Under the pieces are notes generated by a model. It was not told the DNA's origin and ran no database searches. It worked only from the letters and a program-made list of their open reading frames with translations. Both the position numbers and the translations under genes were made by a program. From Acidobacteriota bacterium (GTDB taxonomy: Bacteria; Acidobacteriota; Thermoanaerobaculia; Thermoanaerobaculales; Sulfomarinibacteraceae), in assembly GCA_013152895.1 (NCBI GenBank), contig JAADFN010000032.1, positions 1-55,892 on the forward strand: a stretch of DNA of 55,892 nucleotides. Reading direction: 5' to 3'. Of this stretch, positions 1-10,156 are shown piece by piece. Positions within the stretch are counted from its first letter, which is position 1. Each line of letters starts with the position of its first letter.

Positions 1-36
1 GAACGGCTCGGGATCAAGACCGCGGGCCGGCCGTAG
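1..36 (+). CDS. Possible 3' end of an upstream gene (ERLGIKTAGRP-stop), truncated by the window edge
   Basis: Open frame 1 from base 1 to TAG at 34-36, followed by GC-rich hairpins; too short to identify. Confidence 0.3.
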   Translation, partial: ERLGIKTAGRP

Positions 37-92
37 GCCGGGCCTCCCGGGCGCTGACCGCGGGCCTGCTGCAAGCAGGGCCTCCCGGGCGC
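18..92. repeat. Two tandem units (38-bp period) of GACCGCGGGCC-N11-GGGCCTCCCGGGCGC, each containing a hairpin
   Basis: Units at 18-54 and 56-92; variable cores CCGGCC-gta-GGCCGG and CCTGCT-gca-AGCAGG are each self-complementary. Confidence 0.7.
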
Positions 93-307
93 CCCTCGAC
101 TCATGCCGAAACTGTCGGCGGCGCGTTCGATACAAGCCCGCATGTCTCACCGTTTCTGTGGCGACCGCGAAGACGCACGCCACCTGCGGAGGAACACCTG
201 TGTCACGCCTTCAGTCACACCCTTGGCTCCCGATCACCCGGCGTGCCTGCATCGTGCTACTCTTTCTCCAAGCGCCATCGTGGCGCTTTCGATCTTCAGG
301 AGGGCCG

Positions 308-2800
308 ATGAACGACGTCAAACCACCGATGAGCGCCGACGAGCTGCGAGACCGGTTCGTCCGTTACCTGCGGTACCAGCGTGGCTTGCGTCTCGACGAG
401 GCCGGCCCCGCCGAGTACCTCGCCGCGCTCGAGCTCGTGGTTCGCGACGTGCTGATCGACCGTGCAATGGACACGCAACGAACGTACGATCTCGTCAAGC
501 CGAAGACCGTCCACTACCTCTCCATGGAGTTCCTGCTCGGCCGGCTCCTCCACAACAACCTGATCTCGACCGGCCTGCTCGAGCCCGCACGCGAGGCGAT
601 GCAGCAGCTCGGCCTCAACCTCGACGTGATCACCGAAGAAGAACCCGATCCCGGCCTCGGCAACGGCGGCCTGGGACGGCTCGCGGCGTGCTTCCTCGAC
701 TCCCTCGCCACCCTCGACTACCCGGCCTTTGGATACGGCTTGCGGTACGAGTACGGCATGTTCCGGCAGGAGATCCAAAACGGCTGGCAGGTGGAGCGGC
801 CGGATACGTGGCTCAAGGGCGGCTACGCCTGGGAGATTCCGCGCCCCGACCTGACAGTCCCGGTCAAGGTCGGCGGTGGGGTGGAGTGGCACCAGGGCGC
901 GAGCGGCAAGTTCCGGCCATCGTGGGTCAACTGGCGCGTCTTTTACGGCGTTCCCCACGACATCCTCGTCGCCGGCTATCAGACGGGAACCGTGTCGATA
1001 CTCCGTCTCTGGGCTGCCGAGGCGCCCCGGGAGTTCGACTTCCAGATCTTCTCCCAGGGGGATTTCATCAAGGCAGTCGCGGAACGCGAGCGGATCGAAT
1101 CGGTCACACGCGTGCTCTACCCGGCCGACGAGGTCGAGGCCGGCCGCCGTCTCCGCCTGCTCCAGGAGTACTTCCTCGTCGCCTCGTCGGTCCAGGACAC
1201 GATGCGCCGTTTCCGCGCCCGGTACGGCGAGGCGTGGGAGCTTTTGCCCGACGCGGTCGCGTTTCAGCTCAACGACACGCACCCTGCGCTGGCCATCGCC
1301 GAGCTCATGCGCTTCCTCGTCGACGAGGCCGAGCTCAGGTGGTCGAAGGCGTGGGAGCTGACCCGTGCGGTCTGCTCGTACACCAATCACACGATGCTCC
1401 CGGAGGCGCTGGAGACGTGGCCAGTCGGATTGATGGAATCGATGCTCCCCCGGCACGTCCAGATCATCTACGAGATCAACCGGCGGTTCCTCAACGGGCT
1501 CTCCCCGGCGATCCAGCAGGACGTCGAGCGGCTGAAGAGGCTTTCGCTGATCCACGAGGACGGGGAGAAGCGCTTCAGAATGGCCCATCTGGCGATCGTA
1601 GGCAGTCACAGGATCAACGGCGTTGCACGCCTGCACACCGAGCTCATCAAGACCCGCCTCGTTCCCGACTTCGCGGCCCTGTGGCCCGACCGTTTCCTCG
1701 CCATCACCAACGGCATCACACCGAGACGCTGGCTGGGCGCCTGCAACCCGAGGCTGGCAGCGATCATCTCGAAGCGTATCGGGCCCGGCTGGCTTCACAA
1801 CCTGCGGCGGCTCGTCGAGCTTGCCCCGATGGCCGGAGACGCCGGGCTCCAGGAGGAGGTTCGCCACGCGAAGCACTCCGCCAAGATCGACCTGGCGCAG
1901 ACGATTTCCGAGCTGTGCAACGTCACGGCCGACCCGGACTCGCTCTTCGACGTCCAGATCAAGCGCCTGCACGAGTACAAGCGGCAACTCCTCAACGCCA
2001 TGCACGTCATCGCACTCTACCGGCGTCTCAAGGCCGACCCGTCGGCCGCGGTCGTCCCCCGCACCGTGATCTTCGCTGCGAAGGCTGCGCCCGCGTACCA
2101 CATGGCCAAGTTGATCATCCGCCTGATCAACGGCATCGGCCACGTGGTCAACAACGACCCGGATACCGCCGGTCATCTCAGCGTCGTCTTCCTCCCCGAC
2201 TACCGCGTGACGCTGGCGGAGAAGATCATCCCGGCCGCCGATCTCTCCGAGCAGATCTCGGCCGCCGGGTGGGAGGCGTCGGGAACCGGCAACATGAAGC
2301 TCGCCCTCAACGGCGCGTTGACGATCGGCACCCTCGACGGCGCGAACATCGAGATCCGGGACGCCGTCGGTCCCGAGAACATCTTCATCTTCGGGCTGAC
2401 CGCCGACGAGGCGCTCCGGCTGACCACCGTCAGCCAGTACGACCCGTGGAACTACTACCGATCGGATCCGGAGCTCGCCGGAGTCATGGACGACCTCCAC
2501 ACCGGCCGCTTCACCCCCGGCGAGGAGCACGTCTCCAGGGAGATCTGGTCAGCGTTGATGGAACACGGCGACCGCTACCTGCACCTCGCAGACTTCCGTT
2601 CCTACGCCGACACCCAGGCCCGCGTCGCCGCGCTCTACACCGATCCCGCCGCATGGACGGCCATGGCCATCAAGAACATCGCCGCCATGGGTTACTTCTC
2701 CTCCGACCGCGCCATCCGCGAGTACGCCGAAAAGATCTGGAATCTCCATCCCGTTCCGGTCAACGCGAACCCCAAGATGCCCACGGACACCTCCACGTAA
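308..2800 (+). CDS. glgP: Glycogen/starch/alpha-glucan phosphorylase
   Basis: YLSMEFL, GLGNGGLGRLAACFLDS, QLNDTHP, YTNHT, ITNGITPRRW, QIKRLHEYKRQ, EASGTGNMK (PLP lysine); start moved to ATG 308 behind the GGAGGG RBS. Confidence 0.97.
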   Translation: MNDVKPPMSADELRDRFVRYLRYQRGLRLDEAGPAEYLAALELVVRDVLIDRAMDTQRTYDLVKPKTVHYLSMEFLLGRLLHNNLISTGLLEPAREAMQQLGLNLDVITEEEPDPGLGNGGLGRLAACFLDSLATLDYPAFGYGLRYEYGMFRQEIQNGWQVERPDTWLKGGYAWEIPRPDLTVPVKVGGGVEWHQGASGKFRPSWVNWRVFYGVPHDILVAGYQTGTVSILRLWAAEAPREFDFQIFSQGDFIKAVAERERIESVTRVLYPADEVEAGRRLRLLQEYFLVASSVQDTMRRFRARYGEAWELLPDAVAFQLNDTHPALAIAELMRFLVDEAELRWSKAWELTRAVCSYTNHTMLPEALETWPVGLMESMLPRHVQIIYEINRRFLNGLSPAIQQDVERLKRLSLIHEDGEKRFRMAHLAIVGSHRINGVARLHTELIKTRLVPDFAALWPDRFLAITNGITPRRWLGACNPRLAAIISKRIGPGWLHNLRRLVELAPMAGDAGLQEEVRHAKHSAKIDLAQTISELCNVTADPDSLFDVQIKRLHEYKRQLLNAMHVIALYRRLKADPSAAVVPRTVIFAAKAAPAYHMAKLIIRLINGIGHVVNNDPDTAGHLSVVFLPDYRVTLAEKIIPAADLSEQISAAGWEASGTGNMKLALNGALTIGTLDGANIEIRDAVGPENIFIFGLTADEALRLTTVSQYDPWNYYRSDPELAGVMDDLHTGRFTPGEEHVSREIWSALMEHGDRYLHLADFRSYADTQARVAALYTDPAAWTAMAIKNIAAMGYFSSDRAIREYAEKIWNLHPVPVNANPKMPTDTST

Positions 2801-3080
2801 CGGCACCACGGACGGCGACCAAGGCCGCGGAACGCTCCGTCCACATCATTCCTGAGTATCTCGTGCCACCCGGGAGCGGCCCATCACGGTGCTGACGATC
2901 CGCGAGACACATCATGGCCCACCGCTCGTGGTCATGCCCGGCCCGGTCCGGTGATTGATATCACCTCTTCCGGATACCCGTCCGTGCCGTCGCACGCACC
3001 GTCCCCCGTCGGCCAGCCGGCCCAAAGCGGGCAATCGAGAAGGCGCCATCGGGCTGCCGAGCCGGGGCCCGGATTCCGGA

Positions 3081-3101
3081 ATCACCTGTTTGGGTGATGA
3101 C
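3081..3101 (+). promoter_or_regulatory. 21-bp palindromic operator-like box ATCACC-TGTTTG-GGTGAT-GAC upstream of peptidase operon 1
   Basis: Exact reverse-complement copy at 8465-8485 upstream of the convergent operon. Confidence 0.75.
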
Positions 3102-3372
3102 GGCGCAACTCCGGAAGATGTATTCACGGTAATAGATGTCACGTTGTAATCACGGGGCCGGATCACGGCTCGTTCGGTCACCAGGCCGGGCTGCTCACGG
3201 TCGCCGTGGACAGTGAGATCGCCCGGCGGCGGCGAGCCTCCGGAGGTCCAGGAGGAAAGGGGGTGGCAGAGAGAGCTTATTGAAGGAAGGATCGAAGGCT
3301 GTGACGGTTACTGGTGCACTCCGCACGGATTGTGCCGGTCCCGCCGATGATGGCAACCGAAAGGAGAACACG

Positions 3373-4557
3373 ATGGGAAAGATTGAATTGCAAGAGGCAC
3401 GACGGCTGGCTGGACTGGAGTTGAACGGGTTGGCAATAACCGGGGCGATCGCCGTCGAGGAAATCGGTGGCGCACGCGTCGGTGCGAGAGGCACCACGAT
3501 CTACGATCCCAGCGGCGAGCCACTGTTCTACCGCGTACCGTTGCACCGCGGAAGGGGAAGGATCGGCTTTACCGACGTGGCCGCGGACGAAGCTTTAGGG
3601 GAGCCACTGCTCGCCACGACGTACGGTGCGGCCTGGGACGAGACGAAGATCAAGCGGGAAGCCATGGTGCACGCCAGAAGGCTGCGGCGCAACCTCAGGT
3701 ACACGAGGATCCGGTTCGTCGCCTACAGCTATCCGAAAGTGGCGGTCCAGTTTCTGCACGGATCCGAAGAAGTGTTGATGCTGGAATGGGGATCATGGGC
3801 GAAGGTGCCACCAGCGAGTGTCGGTGACCGTCACCCCATGGAGCCCGGAAACTTCGAGAGATGGTCGTTGCTCGAAGAGATGCCCGATCGGGTCCGGAGA
3901 GCGAACGAAGAATCGTTCAGAGCTCGTGTCGGCGCCTGGCGCGAGGCGACCGCCGTCCGGGCCTTCCGGGGGTTGGATACCTTGCGGGTGAGGCCCGATC
4001 TGGTGCGGATCAGGCCGGAGATGATTCGTCTTTTCGGCTCGAGAGAGCTCCATTTTTCGGGAGACGCCGGCACGCATCATCCGTGTTATGAGCTCACCGG
4101 CCAGGCCACAAGCGTCTGGTGCGTGGCGGCAAGCACGCAGATGCTCCTGGCGTTCTGGCGCTACGGGTACACCCAGGACCGAATCGCCCAGGCATTGGGG
4201 CTTGGCACCCGCGCTCATCCGAGCGGGCTGCCCTACTCCCGGGTCGGGGACGTCGTGACACAGATCGAGGCCCTGACCTCCCACGCCCTGGACGCCACCA
4301 TGGTTGTCAACCCCGGGTTCAACGTCTTTCGCGACGAGATCGATGAGAATCGTCCATTGATCAGCTTCATCCCCGGTCATTCACGCACGGTTGCGGGCTA
4401 CTATTACACGATACTTCATCTGCCCGGGCAGCTCGCGTTCCGGGGTCTGTTGGTGTACGACCCGTGGCCCCCGAACACCGGTACAATCCACAGGTATGAG
4501 AACTTCAACGTGCAAACCTACCAGTACGCGTACCACGCCCATCTGACCCTGGTGTGA
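3373..4557 (+). CDS. C39-like/papain-fold cysteine peptidase with an N-terminal accessory domain; no evident signal peptide
   Basis: GQATSVWCVAASTQML (oxyanion Q, catalytic C), GHSRTVAGY (His), LLVYDPWP (Asp); AAGGAG RBS before ATG 3373. Confidence 0.75.
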   Translation: MGKIELQEARRLAGLELNGLAITGAIAVEEIGGARVGARGTTIYDPSGEPLFYRVPLHRGRGRIGFTDVAADEALGEPLLATTYGAAWDETKIKREAMVHARRLRRNLRYTRIRFVAYSYPKVAVQFLHGSEEVLMLEWGSWAKVPPASVGDRHPMEPGNFERWSLLEEMPDRVRRANEESFRARVGAWREATAVRAFRGLDTLRVRPDLVRIRPEMIRLFGSRELHFSGDAGTHHPCYELTGQATSVWCVAASTQMLLAFWRYGYTQDRIAQALGLGTRAHPSGLPYSRVGDVVTQIEALTSHALDATMVVNPGFNVFRDEIDENRPLISFIPGHSRTVAGYYYTILHLPGQLAFRGLLVYDPWPPNTGTIHRYENFNVQTYQYAYHAHLTLV

Positions 4558-5072
4558 CCGTGTCCATGGATCGTGAGCTGCACGCCGTGTTGCGGAGAGC
4601 TGCGGAGCTCGTGCGGGCTGGCGTGGCCGGTGATCCATGGGTCCAACTCCACGGACGCTTGCGCGATCCGATGGTGGTCGTCCACCCCTGGGGCGACGCG
4701 CAATCCTGGCTCGTTCCCGTCACTGCCGGAGACCGGATGGTCGGCTACGTGCAGTTGAATCCCGACCTTCAATTCATGCGATACGTATCGTTCCAGAGAG
4801 TGCGCGGCAGCTTGAAGGACACACCGTTGGCGGCGGACTGGTTGGAAACCGAGCGTATCCGGGAGCGGGCGGCGGCTTTCGCCAGGCCTGACGAGATACT
4901 CGATGAGCCCGTTCTCACCTACGACCGGTATCCGGATCGGCTTGCATGGAGGGTCCAGGCTCGAAGCACGGATGGTGGAACGCGGGAGATCATGGTTGCC
5001 GGCGACATGGTTTACGAACCGGTCCAGCCCGGTGACGTGATCGGTGGTCCGGGAAACCAGGGAGCACCCTGA
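4554..5072 (+). CDS. Small hypothetical protein, PepSY/propeptide-like partner of the upstream peptidase
   Basis: GTGA overlap with the peptidase stop; PMVV..SWLVPV..VGYVQL and LAWRV pattern resembles the C-terminal domain of 5227-6417. Confidence 0.6.
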   Translation: MTVSMDRELHAVLRRAAELVRAGVAGDPWVQLHGRLRDPMVVVHPWGDAQSWLVPVTAGDRMVGYVQLNPDLQFMRYVSFQRVRGSLKDTPLAADWLETERIRERAAAFARPDEILDEPVLTYDRYPDRLAWRVQARSTDGGTREIMVAGDMVYEPVQPGDVIGGPGNQGAP

Positions 5073-5226
5073 TACCCGGATACGGCAAAATGGTCGGCCC
5101 CTGCCATCGAGGCAGGGGCCGATTCATCTTGGGACTTCCGGGCCGGCCGGAAGGATCAACGATGCGTTGGGCCGAGCCATCTTACACGCCGTTGTCCCTT
5201 CAGCTCGCAGCCGCCCATCGGCGAGA

Positions 5227-6417
5227 TCACCGCATCTTCGACCTCGGCCGTAGTTTTCGTGAGGGCGGGAGCTTGTACACGGTGCCACGTCCGGTGACCA
5301 CGGCCGAACCTCCCGGGGTTTCGATCCGCCACGCAGGGAGGTAGCGGGGAGCAATGCCGGGGCCGGAAACCGTATACGCCCGAGCTTCGCTCAGATCCCG
5401 AAGCCGCAACACCGCAGCGGATCGGCGGATGGCCTCCCGCTCGTCGAGCAGGGGGCGCGGGCTGAACCGGTCGATCTCCTGGAATTCGCCGGTGTACGCA
5501 TTGACGAGAACCGCCAGCGACGGAGCTTCCCCTCGGCGGGCGAAGGGAACGATGTAGTAGCCCCCTCGCTTCGGGTTGACGAGAATGGGCGCCTGGGGCC
5601 GGGCGCTCTGAGCTCCGCAGAACGGTTCCATTTCGGCAAGCCTCAGCTTCCGGATCCAGCGTCTTGCAAACGCAGCCGCCTTTTCGGGGGGGATCGGCCG
5701 GCCCGTCATGATTTCGCGCCTGACGCGAACGATGCCCCTGCGAGCGGGGGGCTCGATCACCGCCACGTATTTCCCGTTGAAGGCGCTGCTGGCCTTGTTC
5801 ACGGGGCTGAGCTCGCCAAGGAAGATACTGGCCGAAACGTACCTTTCGAGGGGAGGATCGCCCAGGGGGACACCCGGATCGACGAGCCAGACGTACGTGA
5901 GGTCCACCGTCGAGTGGGTCGTCGGGTCCTGGTCGGTGACGATTCCCCTGATGACGATCCAGTGTTCCCGGTGGGCGGTGTACGAGTTGTGCGGATCCGT
6001 GTCAAGCAGCAATGGTACCGGGAAGTTGTTTCGGGTCATCCAGTAGGCGACCGAGTACATGAGCTTGTTGGCGTTCGTACGGGCATAGACGACCCAATGA
6101 CCGGAGGCCGGGGGCGGACACAGGCTCATCAGTGCGCCTCGCAACCCCGCAGGGTCCGTATCCCATGCCGTTTCGGACTTGTTGGCCAGGATGGACAGCC
6201 AGGCGTCGGCCTGACTGATGGTGCACGCCCCGGAGGGGTATCCCTGCATAACCATTTCCGCCGTCGCGGGGCCACACCACGTCACGGCTTCCTCAGAATG
6301 GGGCGGAACGCTCAGCAAGACGCTGTGAAGCTGAGCGAGGCACGGAGACGTCCATAATGTCACCAGGACCGTGCCGAGGAGCGCTCGTTGTACGGTTCTC
6401 CAAGCCGGAGTTCTCAT
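5227..6417 (-). CDS. Secreted C39-like cysteine peptidase with a C-terminal PepSY-like domain
   Basis: Signal peptide (..SPCLA), LSVPPHSEEAVTWCGPATAEMV, EHWIVIRG, VWLVDP; AAGGAG RBS. Confidence 0.75.
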   Translation of the reverse strand: MRTPAWRTVQRALLGTVLVTLWTSPCLAQLHSVLLSVPPHSEEAVTWCGPATAEMVMQGYPSGACTISQADAWLSILANKSETAWDTDPAGLRGALMSLCPPPASGHWVVYARTNANKLMYSVAYWMTRNNFPVPLLLDTDPHNSYTAHREHWIVIRGIVTDQDPTTHSTVDLTYVWLVDPGVPLGDPPLERYVSASIFLGELSPVNKASSAFNGKYVAVIEPPARRGIVRVRREIMTGRPIPPEKAAAFARRWIRKLRLAEMEPFCGAQSARPQAPILVNPKRGGYYIVPFARRGEAPSLAVLVNAYTGEFQEIDRFSPRPLLDEREAIRRSAAVLRLRDLSEARAYTVSGPGIAPRYLPAWRIETPGGSAVVTGRGTVYKLPPSRKLRPRSKMR

Positions 6418-6436
6418 GGTTGTGCTCCTTTCTGTC

Positions 6437-8257
6437 CTACGGCGCGCACGTCGAGCCGGTGATATTGATGGTCACCGATTGATGGGCATCGCCGCGGATG
6501 ATGTAGTTATACCCGTTGATCGTTCGTTTCCAGGTCCGGAGATAGAATGTGTACGCACAGTCACAGGGTGCAGACCATCCGCTCGGGGGCACGATGGCGT
6601 TGACAACGCCGCTCCACAGGAAAGGTCCTTCGGCATTGACGTTCGACGCGTAGCTGTCGCTGAAGATCGACGCCGACTTGTTGTGCCCCCAGAGCGCCCT
6701 CAGGGAGTAGCTGAGAAGGTGATGGTTTGGATCGTACGCCTTGATCCGGAAGTCGAACGTGTTGGAACCCGATAGGACGATCCCGCATGCGCTCACCGGT
6801 CCCCCGGGGACCTGCCGGACCGCGAGCACATCCGTGTCCACCGGGCTGTTGTCGATCATCAATGACAGGCTGTTCTTGGCTGCCGGGAGAAGGTGGGTCA
6901 GCGGCGTGTACGTCGCTCCGGTCTTCTTGTAGAGCTCAACACCGAAGGTGTGCAGGCCGTTGGTGGAGCTGTGCCAGCGCATCATGAGGAACGACGGGTA
7001 CCAGCGGTACGGCGCTCCCGGGTATTCGGGAGGAATCGCGTAGTAGCCCCCTCCCCCGGGGACCGGCCCAACGGGGGTGAGCTCGTACGTGCTCGTGGCC
7101 GGGTTCCATCGATAGGCCTTCCACCCGGACTGAAGGGGCGTCGGCGATCCGCCGGGCGAGGTCATCAGCACCCGGTAGTGCGTCGCTCCGAGACTCTTGA
7201 AGTTGGAGAGATTGCCCAGGATATTGATCGTCCCACCGAACGGAGCGTGAGTGACCTTGAAGAAGTAACCCGGACCGGTGGTTGCGTAGCCATCCACGAT
7301 ACTGGTGGAAGGCACGTGGCCGACACCGAGGAATACGGGCTCTCCCATGGGCAACTGGGCGAGCTGGACGCGCATCAGCTTGCTGTCGGTCGTCACATAC
7401 GCGGTACCCGAGGCGAGGTTGAAGGTAAGAGCCGAGGGTCCGGAAGGCAAACCCGTGATGATGGGGCTGTGCGTCACGGTGACGAGATCGATGAGAGACA
7501 CCTGCCTGGCCGGATTCCTCTGAACGACCCAGAGGGAGGTCTCCGCCGGATCGCTCCACGAGAGGAAGAACGGCGCCGTGAGGCCCGTGGCGACGTTTCG
7601 CACGCGGGTTCCGGTGGAAAGCTCGATCTCGGCGACTCGCGAGCCCGTTTGTTCCGTCACGTAGGCCAGGGTTCGATCCGTCGTGATCGCAAGGCCTACG
7701 GGATGGCCGAGGCCGCCGGTCACCGGGACTTTCACGCCGGTCGTCAGGTTGACCTTCCAGAGCCGGCCGATATCGTATCCGACCACATAAGCAGTACCGT
7801 GGGCTGAATCGAGGGCCAGTTGCTGTGGTGCGCCAAGGTTGAAGGTGACAAGGCTCCTGGCTCCCGTGCCCAGGTCGACTTTCCACAAAGCCCCGCTGGT
7901 ACCGGGGTCGTCGCGAGTCGTGACATACCCCGTGCCGGAATCGAGGTCCAGCGCGATGTCCTCGGGATGGGAGAAGCCGCTCGCGAGCGTTGTCACGGCA
8001 CAGGTGGGCGGGCTCGCGACCTCGCAGCCCGGAACGAGGTCCATGCGCCGAAGCGTTCCCGAGTTGTACTCGACGAAATACAGGGCGTTGGCGGTGGGAT
8101 CGTACGCAATCCCGACCCCAGCTCCGAGCCCTGAGGCGAGCTCGGTCGTGGTTACCGCTGCGACCTGGCTGGCGAGGCACACAACGAGTACGGCCACCAG
8201 GAGGGCACACGCAACAGCCGGGGACCCGTGATGCACGTGGGGGGTGTGGTGTTTCAT
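6437..8257 (-). CDS. Secreted beta-propeller (NHL/YncE-like) protein with an uncharacterised C-terminal beta-rich domain
   Basis: Signal peptide; repeated (L/F)xxPxxIA(L/I)D..T(A/G)YV blades; AAAGGAG RBS; 19 bp upstream of the peptidase gene. Confidence 0.75.
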   Translation of the reverse strand: MKHHTPHVHHGSPAVACALLVAVLVVCLASQVAAVTTTELASGLGAGVGIAYDPTANALYFVEYNSGTLRRMDLVPGCEVASPPTCAVTTLASGFSHPEDIALDLDSGTGYVTTRDDPGTSGALWKVDLGTGARSLVTFNLGAPQQLALDSAHGTAYVVGYDIGRLWKVNLTTGVKVPVTGGLGHPVGLAITTDRTLAYVTEQTGSRVAEIELSTGTRVRNVATGLTAPFFLSWSDPAETSLWVVQRNPARQVSLIDLVTVTHSPIITGLPSGPSALTFNLASGTAYVTTDSKLMRVQLAQLPMGEPVFLGVGHVPSTSIVDGYATTGPGYFFKVTHAPFGGTINILGNLSNFKSLGATHYRVLMTSPGGSPTPLQSGWKAYRWNPATSTYELTPVGPVPGGGGYYAIPPEYPGAPYRWYPSFLMMRWHSSTNGLHTFGVELYKKTGATYTPLTHLLPAAKNSLSLMIDNSPVDTDVLAVRQVPGGPVSACGIVLSGSNTFDFRIKAYDPNHHLLSYSLRALWGHNKSASIFSDSYASNVNAEGPFLWSGVVNAIVPPSGWSAPCDCAYTFYLRTWKRTINGYNYIIRGDAHQSVTINITGSTCAP

Positions 8258-8464
8258 GAAGACATCTCCTTTCTTTCAGCCGGATGTCCCGGCCGAGGTT
8301 GACGAGCTCCCCCGGAAGACGGGGGCCGCAGTGCTCGTGAGAGTCACCACGGTTTTTCATCTCCCGTTGGTGCGAATCCCGGGGACAAATACCGCGTTCG
8401 TCCCCGGGAGGCGATCCGATGTCAGAGGCCTCTTGAGGCATATGTACCGGTTCACCGTCCGGGG

Positions 8465-8485
8465 GTCATCACCCAAACAGGTGAT
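8465..8485 (-). promoter_or_regulatory. Second identical copy of the 21-bp palindromic box, upstream of the propeller/peptidase operon
   Basis: GTCATCACCCAAACAGGTGAT is the exact reverse complement of 3081-3101. Confidence 0.75.
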
Positions 8486-8583
8486 CGGCCCGGTACAAAC
8501 CCACCGATCCGCCGGCGGTAGCACGCCGATCCAGTTGTCATCACTTGAATAACCCGGAGGTACGTCTCTGGCCGCGCGGAGCG

Positions 8584-9792
8584 TCAGACCAGATCGCGGG
8601 GGGCCTCGGGAGGTTTGACCGGGACGTAGAAGCCCGACGAATCATCGGGTCCCTTGATGGGCGCTATGGCACGAAGAACGAGTCTCACGAGGTCGCTTTG
8701 GCGCCCGGCGCCGGTCTTGCGGAAGATGTTCGAGAGCTGGGAATGCACCGTGTTTCTCGAAAGACCGAGCGTGTTGGCCGCTTCGGTCAGGTTCTTCCCG
8801 GCAAGAAGCTCCATGACGAGCCGCACTTCGGCCCCGGTGAGGCCAAAGAGGTCCCGCACGAGATGGTCGACGGGAGTGTGGAATCTCTCCGGATCCGTGA
8901 TGAACAGGATGGCGATGATGGAGCCTTCCGTCATGGGCTGGCAGCTTCGAGGAAGCGGGAGAACAACGACCTGGTAGTCGGATCGGCCCGACGGCCTGGG
9001 GAGCCGGAGAGCTCTTCCCGCGGGTTGCTCCGCTCGCGACCGGGTTCCGCTCGCCTCGCGGATAGTGGCTCGAAGCGTCGTGGTATCGCTGTGGCTGGCT
9101 GCGGCGGGTCCGTCCTCGCGGATGGTGAACCCGTCGTTGTTCCTGCTGATGCGGCGTGCCTCGCGGTTGACCAGCAAGGGACGGCCCTGCCCATCCATCA
9201 GAACGACGCCCGTGGCCATGCGATCGAGGGCGCCAGCCGTGACGTCCGACAGTCGCTCCGCTCGCAGGATTCGGCGTTGAACGGTGACCGCCCGGGCCAT
9301 GTGGGGAAACAGCTCGCGGAGGGTCTGACGCTCCAGCTCCGTGAACGGCGTAGAATCCGTCCCGCGGGCGATCCAGAGAGCCGCGTACAGATCTCGTTCT
9401 GCGAGGAACGCCGCTCCCGCGGCCTCGACGAGCCCCGCAGGCTGCAAGAGGCGCTGAAAAACCGTGGATTTCAGGAACTCCCGTCCCCGAAAGACGACCC
9501 TGGTTGAGAGAACCATCTTGAGAGGGCGGCGCCGTGCCTCCATGACGAGCTCATCGCCGTTCATGTGGCGCTCGTTATACGCGCTGACGACCTCTTCCGG
9601 GAATCCTGTGAATGCGCTGATCCGAACCGTGTTCGTGAGGGGGTCGGTGCAGTGCAGCCATACGGCAGCCGATCCAAGGATCTCCCGCATTGCCACCAAC
9701 GCCTCGTTCCAACGGCCGGGCTTCGTTGCGGCCTCGTAGATGAGCGGGATGACCGAGGCGATCTCGGCGGCATCGTTCATGCGAACCACCAT
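8584..9792 (-). CDS. LuxR-family HTH transcriptional regulator with GAF/PAS-like input domains
   Basis: IYEAATKPGRW N-terminus, GVVLMDGQGRPLLVNREA (PAS-like), FGLTGAEVRLV..EAANTLGLSRNTVHSQLSNIFRKTG..RQSDLV (LuxR HTH). Confidence 0.9.
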   Translation of the reverse strand: MVVRMNDAAEIASVIPLIYEAATKPGRWNEALVAMREILGSAAVWLHCTDPLTNTVRISAFTGFPEEVVSAYNERHMNGDELVMEARRRPLKMVLSTRVVFRGREFLKSTVFQRLLQPAGLVEAAGAAFLAERDLYAALWIARGTDSTPFTELERQTLRELFPHMARAVTVQRRILRAERLSDVTAGALDRMATGVVLMDGQGRPLLVNREARRISRNNDGFTIREDGPAAASHSDTTTLRATIREASGTRSRAEQPAGRALRLPRPSGRSDYQVVVLPLPRSCQPMTEGSIIAILFITDPERFHTPVDHLVRDLFGLTGAEVRLVMELLAGKNLTEAANTLGLSRNTVHSQLSNIFRKTGAGRQSDLVRLVLRAIAPIKGPDDSSGFYVPVKPPEAPRDLV

Positions 9793-10156
9793 GGCGGGGG
9801 TTCTCCCTCACACGGGCGTGCCCGTACATCCCGAGACCGCTCACGGGGGCGAAGGAGACGTGAAGTTGAATTCTGGTTCTCACGCCAACTCATCCACGGC
9901 CTTTGTCGTCCACCGAGCATATCTCCTATCTCCTCCCGGTCCCTCCAGCTCCGATGCGCCCGCCGGGCTCGCTGAGGCGTTCGTCTCCGAGCCACAATCT
10001 TTGATCACGCCTATATGAATCCATGTTACTCAACCTGAGACACTCGCGTCAATACGACGTGATCTTCGACACACAAACAGGGTGCACAACGAGGGGAAGC
10101 GGACGCCGGGGAGGCGGCCGAGCCTGCCAACGACGATTCCTGTGCAACCCAGCAAC

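Noticed and set aside
103-2895. 930-aa + strand ORF and 744-aa antisense ORF (296-2530) over glgP
   Set aside because: Alternative-frame and antisense shadows typical of high-GC DNA; Arg/Pro-rich or motif-free, while the glgP frame has all family motifs.
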